A stretch of 37,548 bases of DNA from a virus (Duplodnaviria > Caudoviricetes). The notes under the pieces are model-generated. The model made no database searches and had not been told where the DNA came from. It worked only from the letters and a program-made list of their open reading frames with translations. Below are positions 37,111 through 37,548 of this stretch, piece after piece; within the stretch, counting starts at the first letter, position 1, and the number at the start of each line of letters is the position of its first letter. The stretch lies in the IMG/VR virus record IMGVR_UViG_3300025018_000298, positions 1 through 37,548 of that record, one strand, 5' to 3'. Made by a program: the position numbers and the translations under genes.

Positions 37111-37338
37111 AAGCCGCCAAAGCCGACGAAGCCGCCAAAGCCGACGAAGCCACCCCCAACGCCACCCCCAAGCCGCCAAAGCCACCACGGCTAAAAATGG
37201 ATAGATTAAGACCATAACTGCTGCCTGCTACCCCCCCAAGCCGCCAAAGTGGCCATAAAGCCGCCAAAGCCGCCAAAGTCGCCAAAGTCGCCAAAGCCGC
37301 CAAAGTCGCCAAAGTCGCCAAAGCCGCCAAAGTCGCCG
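37111..37338. repeat. GC-rich 9-mer array AAG(C/T)CGCCA
   Basis: Nine contiguous units at 37258-37338 and degenerate units at 37111-37249. Confidence 0.95.
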
Positions 37339-37548
37339 AAATGTACGTTGAAGTACTATTTTTATCGAAAAATAAACTAAATTTTACTAATAGTTCATTA
37401 ATTTAATAATTATTTTACATATTTAAAGTCCTACCAGCACACTGTTTACTCAGTAGAACACTGTTTTTCAGCACATTAAAGATCAAAAAACTTGGCAGTA
37501 TACAAGCGGTTTTACAACCCATTGATTACATTACATTTTGTAAACTCC

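Larger units (their letters stand above)
1..37548. mobile_element. Tailed dsDNA bacteriophage genome, podovirus-like, probably near-complete
   Basis: Terminase, portal, scaffold, capsid, adaptor/nozzle, ejection, lysis and replication modules are all present. No tape measure or sheath recognised and no flanking host genes. Confidence 0.95.

Noticed and set aside
37058-37330. 90-aa ORF MAALATLATL...
   Set aside because: It starts at a TTG inside the 9-mer array with no RBS; the open frame is a by-product of the repeat.
36478-37338. CRISPR or mini-CRISPR array
   Set aside because: There is no constant repeat separated by unique, equal-length spacers. The Cas4-like gene is the usual DUF2800 replication nuclease.
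37492-37508. Sigma54 promoter (TGGCA..GG-N10-GC)
   Set aside because: The -12 element is AAGC rather than TTGC and it is a single weak match.
1-37548. TAG stop-codon reassignment
   Set aside because: Core genes are full-length and tightly packed under the standard code, and TAG ends some ORFs normally.
1-37548. Direct or inverted terminal repeats at the window ends
   Set aside because: The first and last bases do not match, so the physical termini cannot be fixed from this sequence.

Overview
The window looks like a complete or near-complete ~37.5 kb tailed dsDNA phage genome with podovirus-type architecture. No integrase, RNA polymerase, tRNA or CRISPR array was seen. The + strand early region (1-4.4 kb) holds two Imm5-like paralogues, a 24-aa membrane peptide, a DUF932 protein, a GroES-like protein and an XRE HTH regulator. 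A divergent RHH + primase/DUF3987 unit lies on the - strand. A + strand replication operon follows (SNF2 helicase, DUF2800 nuclease, DUF2815 SSB, family A DNA polymerase, an unexpected secreted subtilisin, RuvC-like resolvase). A long - strand late operon runs from the terminases through portal, scaffold, major capsid, decoration, adaptor, nozzle, fibre, ejection proteins, M15 endolysin and holin-like genes. A ~1.2 kb non-coding control region closes the window. The most unusual signals are: (i) a promoter-to-terminator unit of ~68 nt in the late leader that carries an anti-Shine-Dalgarno/anti-start seed matching the early gene leaders; (ii) three exported Cys-containing products (S8 protease with a cationic CX3C-X12-CX3C tail, a 34-aa signal-peptide ORF after the capsid gene, an acidic CX6C-X10-CX6C lipoprotein); (iii) a highly structured repeat region with a 24-bp cruciform, IHF-consensus sites and a strand-biased 9-mer array. 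All product calls come from motif recognition and gene order by eye; no database search was run.
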